Source: Curvularia clavata
Lineage: Eukaryota
NCBI GenBank assembly: GCA_023920165.1
Contig: CP089277.1
Coordinates: forward strand, 3,162,001 to 3,226,000
Length of the DNA stretch: 64,000 bases
Reading direction: 5' to 3'
Of the stretch, positions 49,323 to 64,000 are shown piece by piece; position 1 is the stretch's first letter; every line of letters starts with the position of its first letter. A model generated the notes under the pieces. The model saw nothing but the letters and a program-made list of their open reading frames with translations, ran no database searches and was not told the origin of the DNA. A program made the position numbers and the translations under genes.

Positions 49323-52300
49323 CGAGGATCCGCGATAGGCGGTGACAACGGGTGGAATGTCGAGGACGCTGGATTAGCGGATTCGTTGCTAACACGCAGT
49401 CCAAATAAGAAGTGAAGGGTGTTGTATGGAATCCAAATATGGAAGATGTGAGTTGAGGAGCGGTTCCCTGACCTCGGAGAGGGGGGGGAGGGGGAGGGAA
49501 GGGAAGATATGGAGACGAGGGAGGGCTATGGCAGCAGGGCTGGTCGTGGGAATTGGGGGGAAGAAGGGAAGACTAAAGGCAGTCGGAAGAGGCGGTTGTG
49601 TGTTTGTAGCAGCAAAAGAAGTAACGGCGAGGCCGAACGGGCGAGACGAAGATGTAGAGAGAGACAGACGACGACTGAGCGGTGCAAGAAATGGCTGGCA
49701 TGAGCCTATAACTTGCTATCAAGGGCCTGATGAATAGCGGCGGTCTTTGCGTACCATGCTGCGACCCTAGGCTAGCGCTGGCTCGCTGATCCTGGCTCTA
49801 GGTGGGTAGCCACACAACGTGGGCTCTCTGGGGAAATCGTTTCACCTTAGCTCGTACATTAGCGGGTTGGAGGCGTGAGCGAAGCAGAGAGCAGCGTGCA
49901 CAGCTGTTGCTCAGTGGCGTCTGATAGTCAAGGCCCTTCACAGTCAATAAAGTCTCAACGGTGGTGGCACAAGGGCGACTGAAGCCTCGCCGTGGGCGTA
50001 GCGACCAGCTAGTTGTTCTGGAAAGCGACTACGGTGGTTTAGGGCGGCGTATTTGGCCGTATCACCCACCCCCCACGAGCAGCAGCAAAAGAAAAAGCAA
50101 AATCAACACAGTACAAGCAGCAGTGGCAGCAGCAGCCGCAGCCGCCTCCAGGATGGCATGGTTGGGTTTCTGACGACACATAGGCAGCCTCGACAAAGGG
50201 CTTTGGTGGGCACCAAAATGGATTAACAGGGCGGGGCCTGGCGGGACGTGTTCAGATGGACACGCATACGACGGAAGAACGAGGGCTGTGATGTCGCCAT
50301 GACCGGTTTGCCAGTCAGGTAGCTGGTCCTGTTTGCGGACCGTAGCGAGGTTTGGGATGGGATGACAGACACGGGCAAATTGTGACGTTTGAAGAGGGCG
50401 GCGACGTGAAGCGACGGCAGGGAGCCAGGATGACAGGATGCCATGGAGACAGCGTCCCAGGGATGGCGGCCAGGATGAAGGGTGAAGGGTGCCGGGGTTG
50501 GACCGGCCAGGAGAGTGAGAGAGGATTTCGAAAGACGCGCGCGCGCACAGACGCGGGCAGGGGTGTGGCAGCGCTAAAGGGGGCGAGCACGTGGAAGCCC
50601 TGCATGCAGAAAAATTAGCCCGAGGCTGCCAAGCCGCCTCATGGCCTGTCCGCTGGCTGCTTCAGTCGGAGCGTCGGCCGACACCATGGAAGCAGTATAG
50701 CATGCCAGATGGGATGGGCAGCGAGCGTCGTCGAGCCCGCGACGGGGGGGTAGGTTCCACTGTGGATCGCCCTGGACAGCAGCTTCACGAGCAGCAGCGC
50801 ATCTGGCCTGGCCGGGCGAAGGGCAAGGGCAGAGCGAAGTGCGTAATATTGGCCTGGAGCGTAGGGGGAGCGGAAACCTTGCCAGTCGTCGTCGTCGATC
50901 ATGCCCGGGGGGGCGAGGAGTGGGAGTAGGTAGGTAGTATCCTCCGCAGACAAAGTGCACGCATGTACATGGCGTAGAGCAGGTGTAGCAGTAGCGTGCG
51001 TGCTTCCGAAGTACTTCCACGGGCCATGCGGTGACATTTCATCTTGAGCACCTTTGCCGAACTGCTACGGCTGCCACGCCACGGCTGCCGCCCATGGATG
51101 GCACCACGGCCGCTGCTACACCTACCCTTCGCCTACACTTACATACTTACATAGTACTAGACGTACACCAACCACTGTGCGCTGGCCAATATGTCGGCAT
51201 GCTGGCACATACTGGGCCATGACGGCGGGGGCGCGTGCATGTGCCTTTGCCCTTGCCTCCCTCCCCTCCCCTCCCCTCCCTACACACCCACCCCCCCTCT
51301 TCCCTCCACTTCCAAACTTTATCGTGGCCTCATCGGCGTCCAGCGGTGTTTCATGCCGTGTGTCTGGTCACGCATGATAGCTGCTCCTCCTAGGGAAACA
51401 GCTGCTCTGTCCAAATTGGGCCTCGTGCAGAGTGGGACGCCGCTGTGACGACTCTGTCCATCATTTGCAGGGCTCGCTATGCCGGCTGTCGGAATCAGCT
51501 CACACCAGGGAAAAACGCTAGGGCCAGTGAACAGCACAATGGCCGACGCTGCTGACCGTCCGTGATGCGCTCTCCGGCGCAGAGCCCCAATGGACATACT
51601 ACTACAACTAACTGTACACATTGGCCTCGACTAGCCTACGTAGGTTGCATGTCCACGTCCAAGCGTCTCCTCTTCTTTTTCTCTTCTACGTCTACCGAGT
51701 ACGCCTTCACCGCAACAGCCTGCTCTGCTCAGGCCACGACCGCCAATGCCGTCATGCTGCTGCGCCGCATGCGCTGATGTGCAGTGACGGGCTTGCTCAA
51801 CGCCAGCCAAAGCGGTGCGCTATCCACAACCTGCCCCCGTTATTCGATAAAGCCAGAATCCTCCGACACGCCCACTCACCGCTTCCATAGTACAGTAGAC
51901 GACCACAGCTGCCCAGGGCGAGGCTACACGACGGCTAGGAGCCACTGGCTAGCGCTAGTACCTGGCCGTGGACAGCTGTGCCAGCCACTCGACGAGCCCT
52001 TGGCGCCGATATTGGACGATAGCGACGCGACCGTCGGTAAGTTTTCGACACATGGAAAATGATGATGCACGTCGGCTGCGCTAGCCCTAGGACCCGTCAG
52101 CCGCGAGCCGCGAGCTGCTGCGACTTATGAAGGGGTCGCGGGGCCTGCCACGCCATGCTGCCACTCGCTCCAGGGCACTTGGACAAGGACACAGTGCTTC
52201 GACTGTCTACGTAGTGTGCTGCTTCCGTACGCGCGAGCACTCGTGTGGAGAGGGGCAGGGAAGGGTGGGGGGTGGGAAGGATCTGTCTGCGCCGCACCAC

Positions 52301-54485
52301 CTGCAGTAACCTTTGAATCCAGCCTAGTCGGAGCGTTATTTGACATCAAGCAGACGGCCGTCGTATTCTACCTGAGACAGAATCGACAATCTCTTTTTTT
52401 TGGTCCAAAAAAGCGCGCGCTTCATTTCAATTTGCATGGCGGACGCAGCGGAGCGTGCACGTGCCCCGTCCTAGGGCTGCAGTTAGCCTCATTTTGCCCG
52501 CTGTGGTTGTTGTTGATGCTGCGACTACGATTCTGTACACCGGCCTCTCTTGCATCTAGTGCATCAATACACCCATGGCGGCTGGAATCATGCTACCCAT
52601 CTGCAACGACTCTACCCCAACAGAAACGACGCGCAACCTGCTTGGCCCTGTATCCGCGGAGAAGCAAACTTTGATCTTGCTCCCTGGTAGTTTTCCGGTG
52701 AAACCAGCATCCAACTGTATCCACGGCGTATCCACTGCCCTCGAGCAACGTGAACCCCATTTCTTCTTGAGCTGCTTACATCCGTGCATCCTGCCGTGGG
52801 CCGAGGCGGTAGATCTATGGATGCAATCATGGCGGTACTGCGAGTAGTCATACCTAGTGCCGCGGTGCTATGGTGCCGGTAAGAGTAGTTCAACTCCAAC
52901 ACCCATCTCGCCCATTCTCGTCCGGGCCCGTTGGCTTTGCCAACACCAGGAACCCAGGACCAGAACTCTCAGGTCCCGAAGCGAGGGTCTGCTGACTTCG
53001 CTAGACCTGTCGCGCCTGCAAACCGCCCCGGTGGCTGCACGACGACCTGGGTTCCACCTAGATCCAAATCTTGTCTTACATAGACCGCAACTCCATTCAT
53101 CCATGTCGACGACCACTCTCCCCCCGTCCGCGATTGCGCAACCACTCTTGCATTGTCTGCTCGGACCAGAGTGCATCTGGCACGTCAGCGTCTCTGCAAA
53201 TGAGCATCGTCCGTCGATCCAACACTGTGATGCACGCCGCCGAACGACCAGAAACAGTAATCTTGTCCCTATGCCACGCCCAAGCCTCGCTACCAAACTC
53301 TGGATCCGTCTCTCCGCCACGCTTGCACACTTCAGCCGATGTTCAGCCAGTGCCCCCTCCACTCCACTACGCGATAGAGCCACGCCTCCTAGACGCGAAC
53401 TCAATTCAGTGTCCATGGCCGCTTTGCTTCCCCCTAGCCTCTTGCGCCCACGAGGTTCTCCCACTTGGTCTTCCACCCTGAAACAGGCTTGCGAATTTTA
53501 GACTGCTCACCCTGGCAAGCGTAGTGTAGCTGTGTGTCCCGCTACCACACCACCTGGTGCCCCTCACCACTGCCCGCTAATGCCATCTACGCTCCTTCCC
53601 TTACCGATCAGGCCTACCGATCCGCGCCAAGTGAGCAGCTTGCGCCATCTTGACTCTCTCCGAACCTTCTAGCTCGCAAGCTAGAAGGCCACAATGTGCC
53701 TGTTGCACGTCCTGAGCCCTGCGTCCCTCTTGCGGTTCCCCTCTCGCCTTCGCCTTTTTTCTTCATCGCCCTGCTCCCCCAGACACTAGTCCCAAAACAG
53801 TGGAGACGATAGACAATACAAACTCTCTCCATCCTCCTCTGATGCCTCGTGACCAGCCAACCACATACAGACATACACACATATCATGCACTGCACACCG
53901 ACGTAATTGCGGGGTTGCTCGCCGATGCCGTTTGCTGGTGGCGTAGCGACCCTGCATCAAGGGGTGCAAGAGGGCAGGGGGATAGGGGTGGGTGTAGGCT
54001 GATTCGCTTGCAATTTACTTTCTCAGCTGAGCGTGCGTCCACCCTTCGCATTGCCAATACGTAAATGGGCTGCAGTCGACATACTGTTTTGCTGACCGTT
54101 TCGGATTCAATGTCGCGAGGATTGACGGGCGAAATCACACACATTGTCCTTACCATCGCCACAAACTACCCAAACATGGCGCAATGCTCCGGGTCTAGGT
54201 GACGTCGAGACGCCCATCTCCACTCGGAGCCCCATTCGGGAGCATGGGGAAAACACCTCGAGGGCTTCTTCAGCTTTCCGCACGTGGTATCAGCGCGGAC
54301 AATGCCGAAAGCCACCACTTGAAATCAACCCATGTCGCACTGTGCAGCAAGAAAAAAAACAAAACACCTCTAACCTCTAACGCTAGAAGAGTGCTAGAAT
54401 CGCCTAATGCATTACAGGTTTTCACGTTTGATTCGATATCAGTTCTAGCCGACCACACCGTCATACGCCACAGCCGCTGACTAAA

Positions 54486-56462
<1,977 letters not shown>

Positions 56463-57417
56463 AATGGGCTGACTTGCTTGAGACTACCCTCTGTCTAGTA
56501 CGGTATTCTCTAGTCTGATATTCTCAGGCACAAGAAAGAAAGGAAGAAGGATAAAGGGTTCAAAATGGCAACAGGCGGCACGGCTATACTTGTTCATATA
56601 CGTGGAACCTCGGAGTGCAGCGCTGGCTTGCGGAGGGACGTCCCGCCGTAACCGTTCCTTCACGCCATGACAAGACCTTCGCAAAGAGGCGCGGTGGGAC
56701 AGATGAGCATCTTGGTATCGCCTCCCTCGCGCTCTAACAGGTTGTATTCAATTTCTCCGCCTTCTCAATGGCTCATTCAGTCCTGCGACCCCGCTTGGCT
56801 TGCTCAAGTATGGGAGGCTATAGCTTCATCGCACATGACGAAGCTGTACCTTTACGTCCATTCTGCCCCGCCAGGATTCATGATAGCCAGGGCGGTCAGT
56901 GGGATTGCGGGCCGGTCATTCAGCCTGGCTTGTTGTTCTGCTAGGCGTGGCGCAGCGACGTGACCTGTGACTTTGGGGTGCTGGAGCGTGTCTTGGGGAA
57001 CGGTGGGATGGCGGGGTACTGGGGCGGATCTCTCTCCCCTCTCCTCATGGTCACCGGAGCTTCACCACAGACACACCACCGATGAGTGCGGTTCCATCTC
57101 TGCTCATTCGCGAGCACCACCACGGATGACGTTGTGGTATGGAGAGCGTCGGAAACGATGCTCTACCAGTAGTAGAGTTGCGAGGATGTGCCTGCGAGAA
57201 CGGTGGGCACACGGCGCTATACTTTTTCGAGCAGAGCTTCCGCAGGTACTGTATCTTTTACTGACAGCTTGAGCCACAGCTTACTGTCGGAACTTCAGCT
57301 GTGGCACGTATGACAGCGGCGCAATGGGGTGTATATAACGGGCGGTTGTGGATGATGGAGAAGACCATGTTGTAGCGCTGAGTTGACTCTGCAGAACCGA
57401 CAAACAACCAATTGACA

Positions 57418-58988
57418 ATGCTGTCTACATTGCGATCCGTTCGTTCTCTGAGAAGATGCGCTCCAGCGCATGTGCGCACTGCAGCGACGCAAGCGCAGAA
57501 GCGCGCAGGCGACATCTCTGACGCATTCGCCTCGCTCTCGGGTCAAGAATTTAAGCCTTTGGCGCCAGAATACGCCGACCTCAAAGCCCACCTTATTCGC
57601 GGACACGAAGACGAAGTACGCGAATCTTGGAATCGCCTTCTTCGTACTCTGCGCGAGGAGATTCCCCAAATCGCTGAGCTAGGGAGCAAGGCCATTCCGG
57701 ATATCGACTTCAAGGATATCGACAATGCGCCTGAAGCATTCAGCAGTCAGTTGCGGGAGAGGGGTGTCGCTGTTGTCAGAGGCGTGGTATCAGAGCAAGA
57801 AGCACTACAGTGGAAGGAGGATGTGAGAGAATATATCCGACAGAATCCGCAGACAAAAGGTGAGTACTGAGTGTCTCTTTTGCTCTACTTGTGACTAACA
57901 TCCTGGGAGCCTTTCCTGCGGACAACCCTCAAGTATTCGAACTCTACTGGTCACGCTCTCAGCTTCTCGCACGCGGAAACCCCAATCTCCTCAAGACGCA
58001 CCGCTTTCTCATGTCATATTGGCACAGCAGCAACCCATACGTTCCATTATCTACAAAACACCCGATAAGCTATGCCGATCGATTGCGCCTGCGCCAACCC
58101 GGCGATGCCAAATTCGCACTTGGACCACACGTCGACGGCGGCAGTGTGGAGCGCTGGGATGAACAAGGCTACGGACTAGGCAAAGTCTACGACTCCGTCT
58201 GGAAGGGCAAATGGGAAGACTTTGATCCCTGGGAGGCCAGCTGCCGTCTCCCCATCGTCACTGATCTACACCAGGGCGTAGGTGCCTGCAACGCCTTCCG
58301 CATGTTCCAAGGCTGGCTATCCCTCTCTACCACCAGCCCCCTCCAAGGCACTCTCCTCGTCAACCCGCTCTTCGCAAAGGCAACAGCATACTATCTGCTC
58401 CGTCCCTTCTTCTCTCCCAAACACGGTGTTCAACCAGGCGCACAAACAGCCTCCGAAGCCACCACCTCGACCGACTCATTCCTCTCCCCGGATAACTGGG
58501 AAATGGACACACAGCAAAACTCGTGGATCCACGGTGCCACCCCAGGCCACGGCCAGGAACTCTCACACCTCCTGCACCCGCATCTCCAGCTGCAGAAATC
58601 TATGGTTCATGTTCCGACAGTTCGACCAGGCGATTACGTCGCCTGGCACTGTGACACTATTCACGCAGTGGATAAGAAACACACCGGTACTTCCGACTCC
58701 AGCGTCTTGTACATCCCCGCCTGCCCCATGACAGAAGATAACGCGAACTATCTTGTTCGGCAGCGCGCGCACTTTGTCGACGGCACGCCGAGCCCGGACT
58801 TTGGGGGCGGCGTGGGTGAGAGTAAGCATGTGGGAAGGGTTCAAGCCGAAGAGATGCGCGAGTTGGTGGGCGAGGAGGGGTGCAGGGCTATGGGGTTGCT
58901 AGAGTGGGATAGTGAGGCCCCGGGACTGAGCACGGGAGAGAAGGTAGTGCTGGATAGGGCGAATAAGATTTTGGGGTTTTATGACTGA
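57418..58988 (+). CDS. DUF1479/YbiU/Gig2-like 2OG-Fe oxygenase-fold protein with predicted mitochondrial presequence
   Basis: R/S/L-rich N-terminus, GDISDAFASL, RGVAVVRGVV, AFPADNPQVFELYWS, YADRLRLRQPGD, LGPHVDGGSVERW, FRMFQGW, PGDYVAWHCDTIHAVD, YIPACP. Intron 57860-~57909. Confidence 0.9.
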
Positions 58989-59199
58989 TGGGATGAGTAG
59001 GGGTTTTTCTGTATAAACAAGTTTTTTTCTCTTTGCCTTGAGTGTTGGGATATTGGGTTGGAGACGCTTAGGTCCCGTATATATGTATATTCTTCGTATC
59101 AAACGCATCTATCGTATAATTATGCTCATCTTCTCCTTCCCCTGCTGCCAGTAACCGTATCTTACGTCCTCTTCACTGCTTTTTTTCTAGCCGTCTGGA

Positions 59200-60100
59200 T
59201 ACCAATATCAGGACCTGATGGTATGTCTCACGTTCTACAGCTCTCTTAAAAAAATATTGCCTTGTATGCATCATCACAACACGCTATATATCCAGTTTGC
59301 ACCCAATAATCTCCACAGTCAAAATACTTTATCTAGTTTATCTATCCTTACGTTCACGCAGATATTCTACTAAAAATCCGCATACTATATCACCAAACAT
59401 CTAGCCTCTTTCTAACATGCATAAGCCCCTTTGTCAAACTCTGTAATTCTATCAGAGATGATCACAGACTCGTGTTTTTGCTTCACAATAAGGCTCCAGT
59501 TTAGCTGGGGAATACAAGAGAAACATCCATCCAATCCTCTACTGGAACCTAATGAGAAGCTGGGACAACAGTCCAGTCACAATCCAAGCGCTTCTACCCT
59601 GAATGCGTACAATACACTAAATCCTTTTTCTCCTTTCAGCTACTCAGGAATCCAAACGTGAACAAGACAGGATACCCATGTCTCACATTTTCACTACCTC
59701 CACTTTCTTTGTTTTTATACTCGAGGTATTCAAGCAGGTGTTACTAAGAATCTGCCTACCCTTTAGCTTCCAACAAGTCAACTCTACGATCGCCACGCCT
59801 TTTTGGATACAGGAGTATGGCGTGGAGAGATTGGCTGTAGCGCTACTTCAAGAGGCATTTTGCCATTGAGATTCCGATTCTGGTCTCTCATCTCTCCTAT
59901 CAAGCGTTTGAGTTGTACTGGCGGACAGCATTGCATATGCTCGTTTTCGTGAAGAGGTAATAGAATAGCTAGGCGGCGATACGTGTTCAAGGAAAATAGG
60001 CATCCAGATAGGATTGCGGATTCAAGGTCTTCTCTGTAAGGTTCTACGATTATCTGCACAGCATACTAGATGTCTTCTTCCCACACGGGCTAGGACATCT
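59200..60100 (-). pseudogene. Possible degraded gene relic (RIP-like)
   Basis: Minus frame MS*PVWEEDI*YAVQIIVEPYREDLESAIL... where TAG could derive from CAG; the downstream AT-rich segment has many TAG/TAA stops within protein-like sequence. Confidence 0.3.
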
Positions 60101-61139
60101 TGAACTGGTTCCTAGTTGGGAGGCGATAAACATGATGAAGCTGTGTATGTCATGAGGAAGAGATATGGTATGTGGAAGAGAGGGTGGAATTGGCCGTCAT
60201 GGGGAAGAATAGTAAGATGCTTAGGAAGGATAGAAAGAAAGAGTATCTGAGGTGGAATGGGAGGAGAGCAGAGGATACTAAATGGACTTGAAGAATTGGT
60301 GCGTGTGTGTACAGGAAAGGACAGACGGGATAGCAAAATGAAGAATAGAAGGAGTGGTTGGTTTTAGGAGGCAGATGACACAGATACAACGCTGCTATAT
60401 GAAGGAATAGCAAGCAAGCCATTTGGAGCCTTGTCAAGACAAGTTGTGCAAGCGTGGCAGCTTCATCCTCAGCATCAGGGTGAGCAATCTGTCTTACCCT
60501 TCACTCACCTGTCAACAATCACACAGACCAAAATGATTCTAGAGCCCAAACTCACACTCCCAGTTACGGAATCATGCCGTCACATCGCAAGAAACACATT
60601 CAGTTTTCAAGGAAAAAAAAGAAGAATGAGATTTTAATCTGGCATTAAGTCATTTCCACAGACAGACAGAAAACAACAGTCTCAACAACACACCCACACC
60701 CACACCCCACGCACGCACGCACATCTACACTCTCCCGATCTTCCTTTGCTTACTGTTCTCTTCCGAAAACAGCGATAACACAGACAAACAGCACACACGC
60801 AAACCACAAAAGTGAAAAAGAGGAAGAAGAAAAGCAACGAAAAAAAGACTGATATAGCAACTCCTTCCTCGAATGTCCCTTCTTTCTTCTTCAGCTGCGT
60901 CTTCTTGTTATTCCTCCTCTTCAATCTGAAAGGCACAAAAAAGCAAGGATAAATCATAAAGCCATCTTTCCTCCATGAAAAAAAAAAGCCAAAGTAAAGC
61001 AGACCAACGAAAGAAAAGCGCACGTAGATAGTAAGTAGTATGAAATAGAAAAGGAAAGAGGGAATGAAAGAGGGGAGGTGAGTGGGATGGAGATGAGTAA
61101 TTTAAGAGAGAGTTAGAGAGAGAGTCTGGTAACCTAACC

Positions 61140-61192
61140 AGTAGTAGTAGGTAGGAGTAGATAATGATGTAGTAGTAGTAGGAGTAGTAATA
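61140..61192 (+). repeat. Degenerate (GTA)n/(TAA)n microsatellite in the som1 3' region
   Basis: gtagtagtag gtaggagtag ataatgatgt agtagtagta ggagtagtaa taa. Confidence 0.6.
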
Positions 61193-61647
61193 ATATCGGC
61201 AGCGATACATTTGTGTGCGGAGAGAGTAGGTAGGTAGATAAAGTCTCGTCAGACGAGGCAGGCAGTAGGGGAGGGAAATTTCGAACATAAAAAAAAAAAG
61301 GTGAATGGAATTTTGCATCAAAGCAAAACAAAAAACGAGATCAGTAAAAAAATTGAAGCGGCCACGTCGGATCCAATAAAACAGCAACATCAACAGCAAA
61401 AAAACACGAAACGCCTACTGAATCCCCCCCAAGAGGTGTGAGTTAACAAAACAACAAGAGGCCAACCGAAGTTTCCAAAACCCCAAGCCTGGTCCGTTAT
61501 GCTCCGGTTAAGAGATAGAAAGCGATCGAGATGGTCGATAAAGACACGGGTATATGGAACGATATTTGTGTTTCAAATGTCACCAACCAACCTGCCAACC
61601 ACCGCCGTGACGATGACACTTGGCCTCCACAAGGGCTCGGGCTTGGG

Positions 61648-64000
61648 CTATACTTCTGTCGCACCAGCGAAATCAAAGTCGCCAAAGTTGCCGAGACCGT
61701 CATTATCGCCAGTGTGTAGGAACGAGTCAAAGTCAAACGACTCGAGGGCGCCGGCGTCGTCGGGGAAGTTGAGGCCGAGATCAAAACCGTTAGGCTGTTG
61801 TTGTGTTAGTGAGTGCATAGTAATCAGGTCCAAGGAACAAACTCACATCAGGATCAATGCTTCCAAATGGCTGACCACCTCCGTTGTCCATGGGCTGGTC
61901 GGCAGGCGCTGGTGGTTGCACAGGTTGCTGTGGCTGGCCGTTTTGTCCTTGGTTGAAAGATTGCTTATGGACTGGCGTGATTGGAGCCACAGGAGTGGAA
62001 GACGTCGGCGTGGGAGGCTCTTCGCCGTTTGTCGCCGCTGGAGTTGCACCTGTATTTGGCCCTTTCTTGTTTGCGGGCTTCTAGAATCAACATCAATGTT
62101 GCTCAGAGGTGGGGCAGGAATTGGAAACTTTACCTTATTGTCTTTTGTGGGCTTCTTCTTTGGATTAGCCTTGTTGGTTTGAGACGGCGTTGGCGGGTTC
62201 GGGTTCGACTGTGACGGAGAGGGCTCAGGCCGTGGCTGCTCGTTCGTGGGTGCTGGAGGTGGCGGCATTTGCTGGCGCTGCTGTGGGTTTTGGCCCATAG
62301 GCCCTCCCATTTGCTGTCCACCTGGCATCATACCAGGCTGAGGCCCACCACGCCAGCCGTTCTGCTGCATCTGTCCGTTACGCATAGCCTCCATTTGCGC
62401 CGGTGTTATCTGTTGACCACCAAAGTTTGGGGGCTGCGGATGTGAACTCGGGGGACGCATGCCCATAGGGCCGTTCTGAGGCATTCCCTGTGGGTAGAAC
62501 TGAGGAGGCATTCCTGGAGGGGCCAAGCTAGGATCAAAGTTCATATTGGGCGCAGGAGATGCACGCTGCTGTCCCATGATACCTTCTGGCATCGGTGAGC
62601 CTGGGAGATTCTGCTGACCCAGCTTGGGCGTGCCTCGCTTCATCTGTTCGGCTGGGTTGGGGGACGGACCTCCGGCTCTGCTACCTTGTGGTGACATTGC
62701 TGCCCCAAAACCCGGAGCGCCCATGACACCTTGCTGTGGGTGGCCAGACTGGTTATCCTGCTCTTGTCGTGCCATGAGCAATCGTTTCTTATTCTGTTGC
62801 TCGAGAAGCATGAGCTGCATCTGGTAGTCCTGCAGCGCATGGTTACCTTGCTGAGGTGCGCCCTGAGGGTTGGCGGGCATGTTGCCGGGTCGTGGCCCGT
62901 TGCCGGTAAAGAGGTTTTCTTGGCCCTCAAGGCCAGGCTGGGCCATTGGAGAGCCTTGGACGCCAGAGTTCATACCCTGGGGGGACGAAGTGTTACTCAA
63001 TGCGACTCTGTGTGCATGGGCCAGGCTTTGGGAATATACCTCCATGTTCTTCTGCTGCGCACCTGGACCTTGCGGCATGAACTCATTGAACTGGTTGTTG
63101 GGCATATTACCAGTGTTCATACCACCTGTGTGACATTGTCAATTAGCTTGGATACTCGGCAGAGGGCTCGGACAAGCAACGTACCATCAACCCGCGGGCG
63201 CTTGTTTGGCGACGGGGCATTCTCGTTGGATCCGGGCGAGTTGGGGCGCTGGCCGTTCATATCCATGGTAGATGCGTCCCGCTGCATCTGCGCTCCCATC
63301 ATGCCGGGACCTTTCATTTGCTGCATACCCGCCATGGGGTTTCCGGTGCTGCTGCGCGTTAGCGGATCGAATTGGGGAGAAGAGCATGGCCGTGGTGAGA
63401 GGAAGCATACGGTCGATTGTTGTTCATGGCTGCTGCCCGTTTAAGATCGGTCTGGTTACCGTTGGTCATGGTGCCGTTTCTCATCATCTGCTGATATTGC
63501 GCGTTCATGGGGTTGTTCATCATCATGCGCTGGTTCCGCTGCTCGTTTTGCAGCTGGCCAAGGTTCTGTGAGCTCTGTCAGTGGGCTGCTGCTTTGATAC
63601 TTGGATATGGCAGACTAAGGGTGCGACGTACCCGGTTGTGGCTGACGTATTGGATCGCGTTCTTGGAGGCATTGTTGCGAGGCTTGGTGGCCGTGTAGAT
63701 GTCCCAGAACTGGACCCACCAGTCGAGCAGGAAGGAATTGTCGGCGACCTGGTTGGGGGGCAGCGAGGGCAGGGGCAGGTCGTCTATCTGGTCAATGGCG
63801 TCGGCGCCGTTCATCTTGTTGTTGGGGCTGGGCTTCTCCGTGGCCATCTTCATGTCGCATTCGAGCATGGCGCGCGCGAGGCCCAGGTGCTTGTTCCGCA
63901 GGAAGTAGTCGTAGATGTACGTGTTAAGCTTCTCGGTGGGGTCGGTGCCCTTGCCGCCGGGCTGCGCCATGTTGCGCATGATGGGAGTGCCGTCGACGGG
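61648..64000 (-). CDS. somA: Som1/SomA (Flo8/Mss11-related) LisH-domain transcriptional regulator; start lies beyond the window
   Basis: LNTYIYDYFL (LisH), SFLLDWWVQFWDIY, NAPSPNKRPR (NLS), GNHALQDYQMQLMLLEQQNKKRLLMARQEQD, SPQGSR, APITPVH, C-terminal LESFDFDSFLH; about five introns. Confidence 0.92.

Noticed and set aside
52857..53501. Overlapping 214-aa (+) and 202-aa (-) ORFs in the bZIP upstream region
   Set aside because: No recognisable motifs, no convincing ATG start, R/S/P-rich composition typical of GC-rich non-coding DNA.
60682..61399. Hydrophobic F/L/Y-rich minus-strand ORFs
   Set aside because: Translation artefacts of T-rich, microsatellite-containing 3' UTR sequence downstream of somA.

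Overview
Gene-dense, intron-containing genomic DNA from a filamentous ascomycete. Short GT..CTAAC..YAG introns and the protein families suggest Pezizomycotina, plausibly Dothideomycetes (impression only). About 17 protein-coding genes are supported. 1-15 kb: a galactosaminogalactan (GAG) exopolysaccharide cluster (gtb3-like partial, agd3, ega3, uge3; no sph3 visible). Then a Zn2Cys6 transcription factor, Ran GTPase, Nas2, a RhoGEF and an Rtc3/SBDS-like small protein. 28.5-37.8 kb: a head-to-head pair of a divergent RAI1/DXO-like PD-(D/E)XK protein and a ~2300-aa ZNFX1/Upf1-type SF1 helicase fused to three CbbX/SpoVK-type AAA+ modules; this is the best candidate for an undescribed system (putative RNA surveillance/defence module). 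Further right: a spartin/senescence-domain protein, a 2OG-Fe(II) dioxygenase, a bZIP factor, a GH1 beta-glucosidase, a DUF1479/Gig2-like oxygenase and the LisH regulator Som1/SomA (5' truncated). Secondary observations: a highly structured rtc3 intron, a candidate 32-aa membrane micropeptide and two possible RIP-degraded gene relics. No tRNA, rRNA, CRISPR array or intact transposon was recognised. All calls come from manual motif recognition; no database searches were run, and exon boundaries are approximate.
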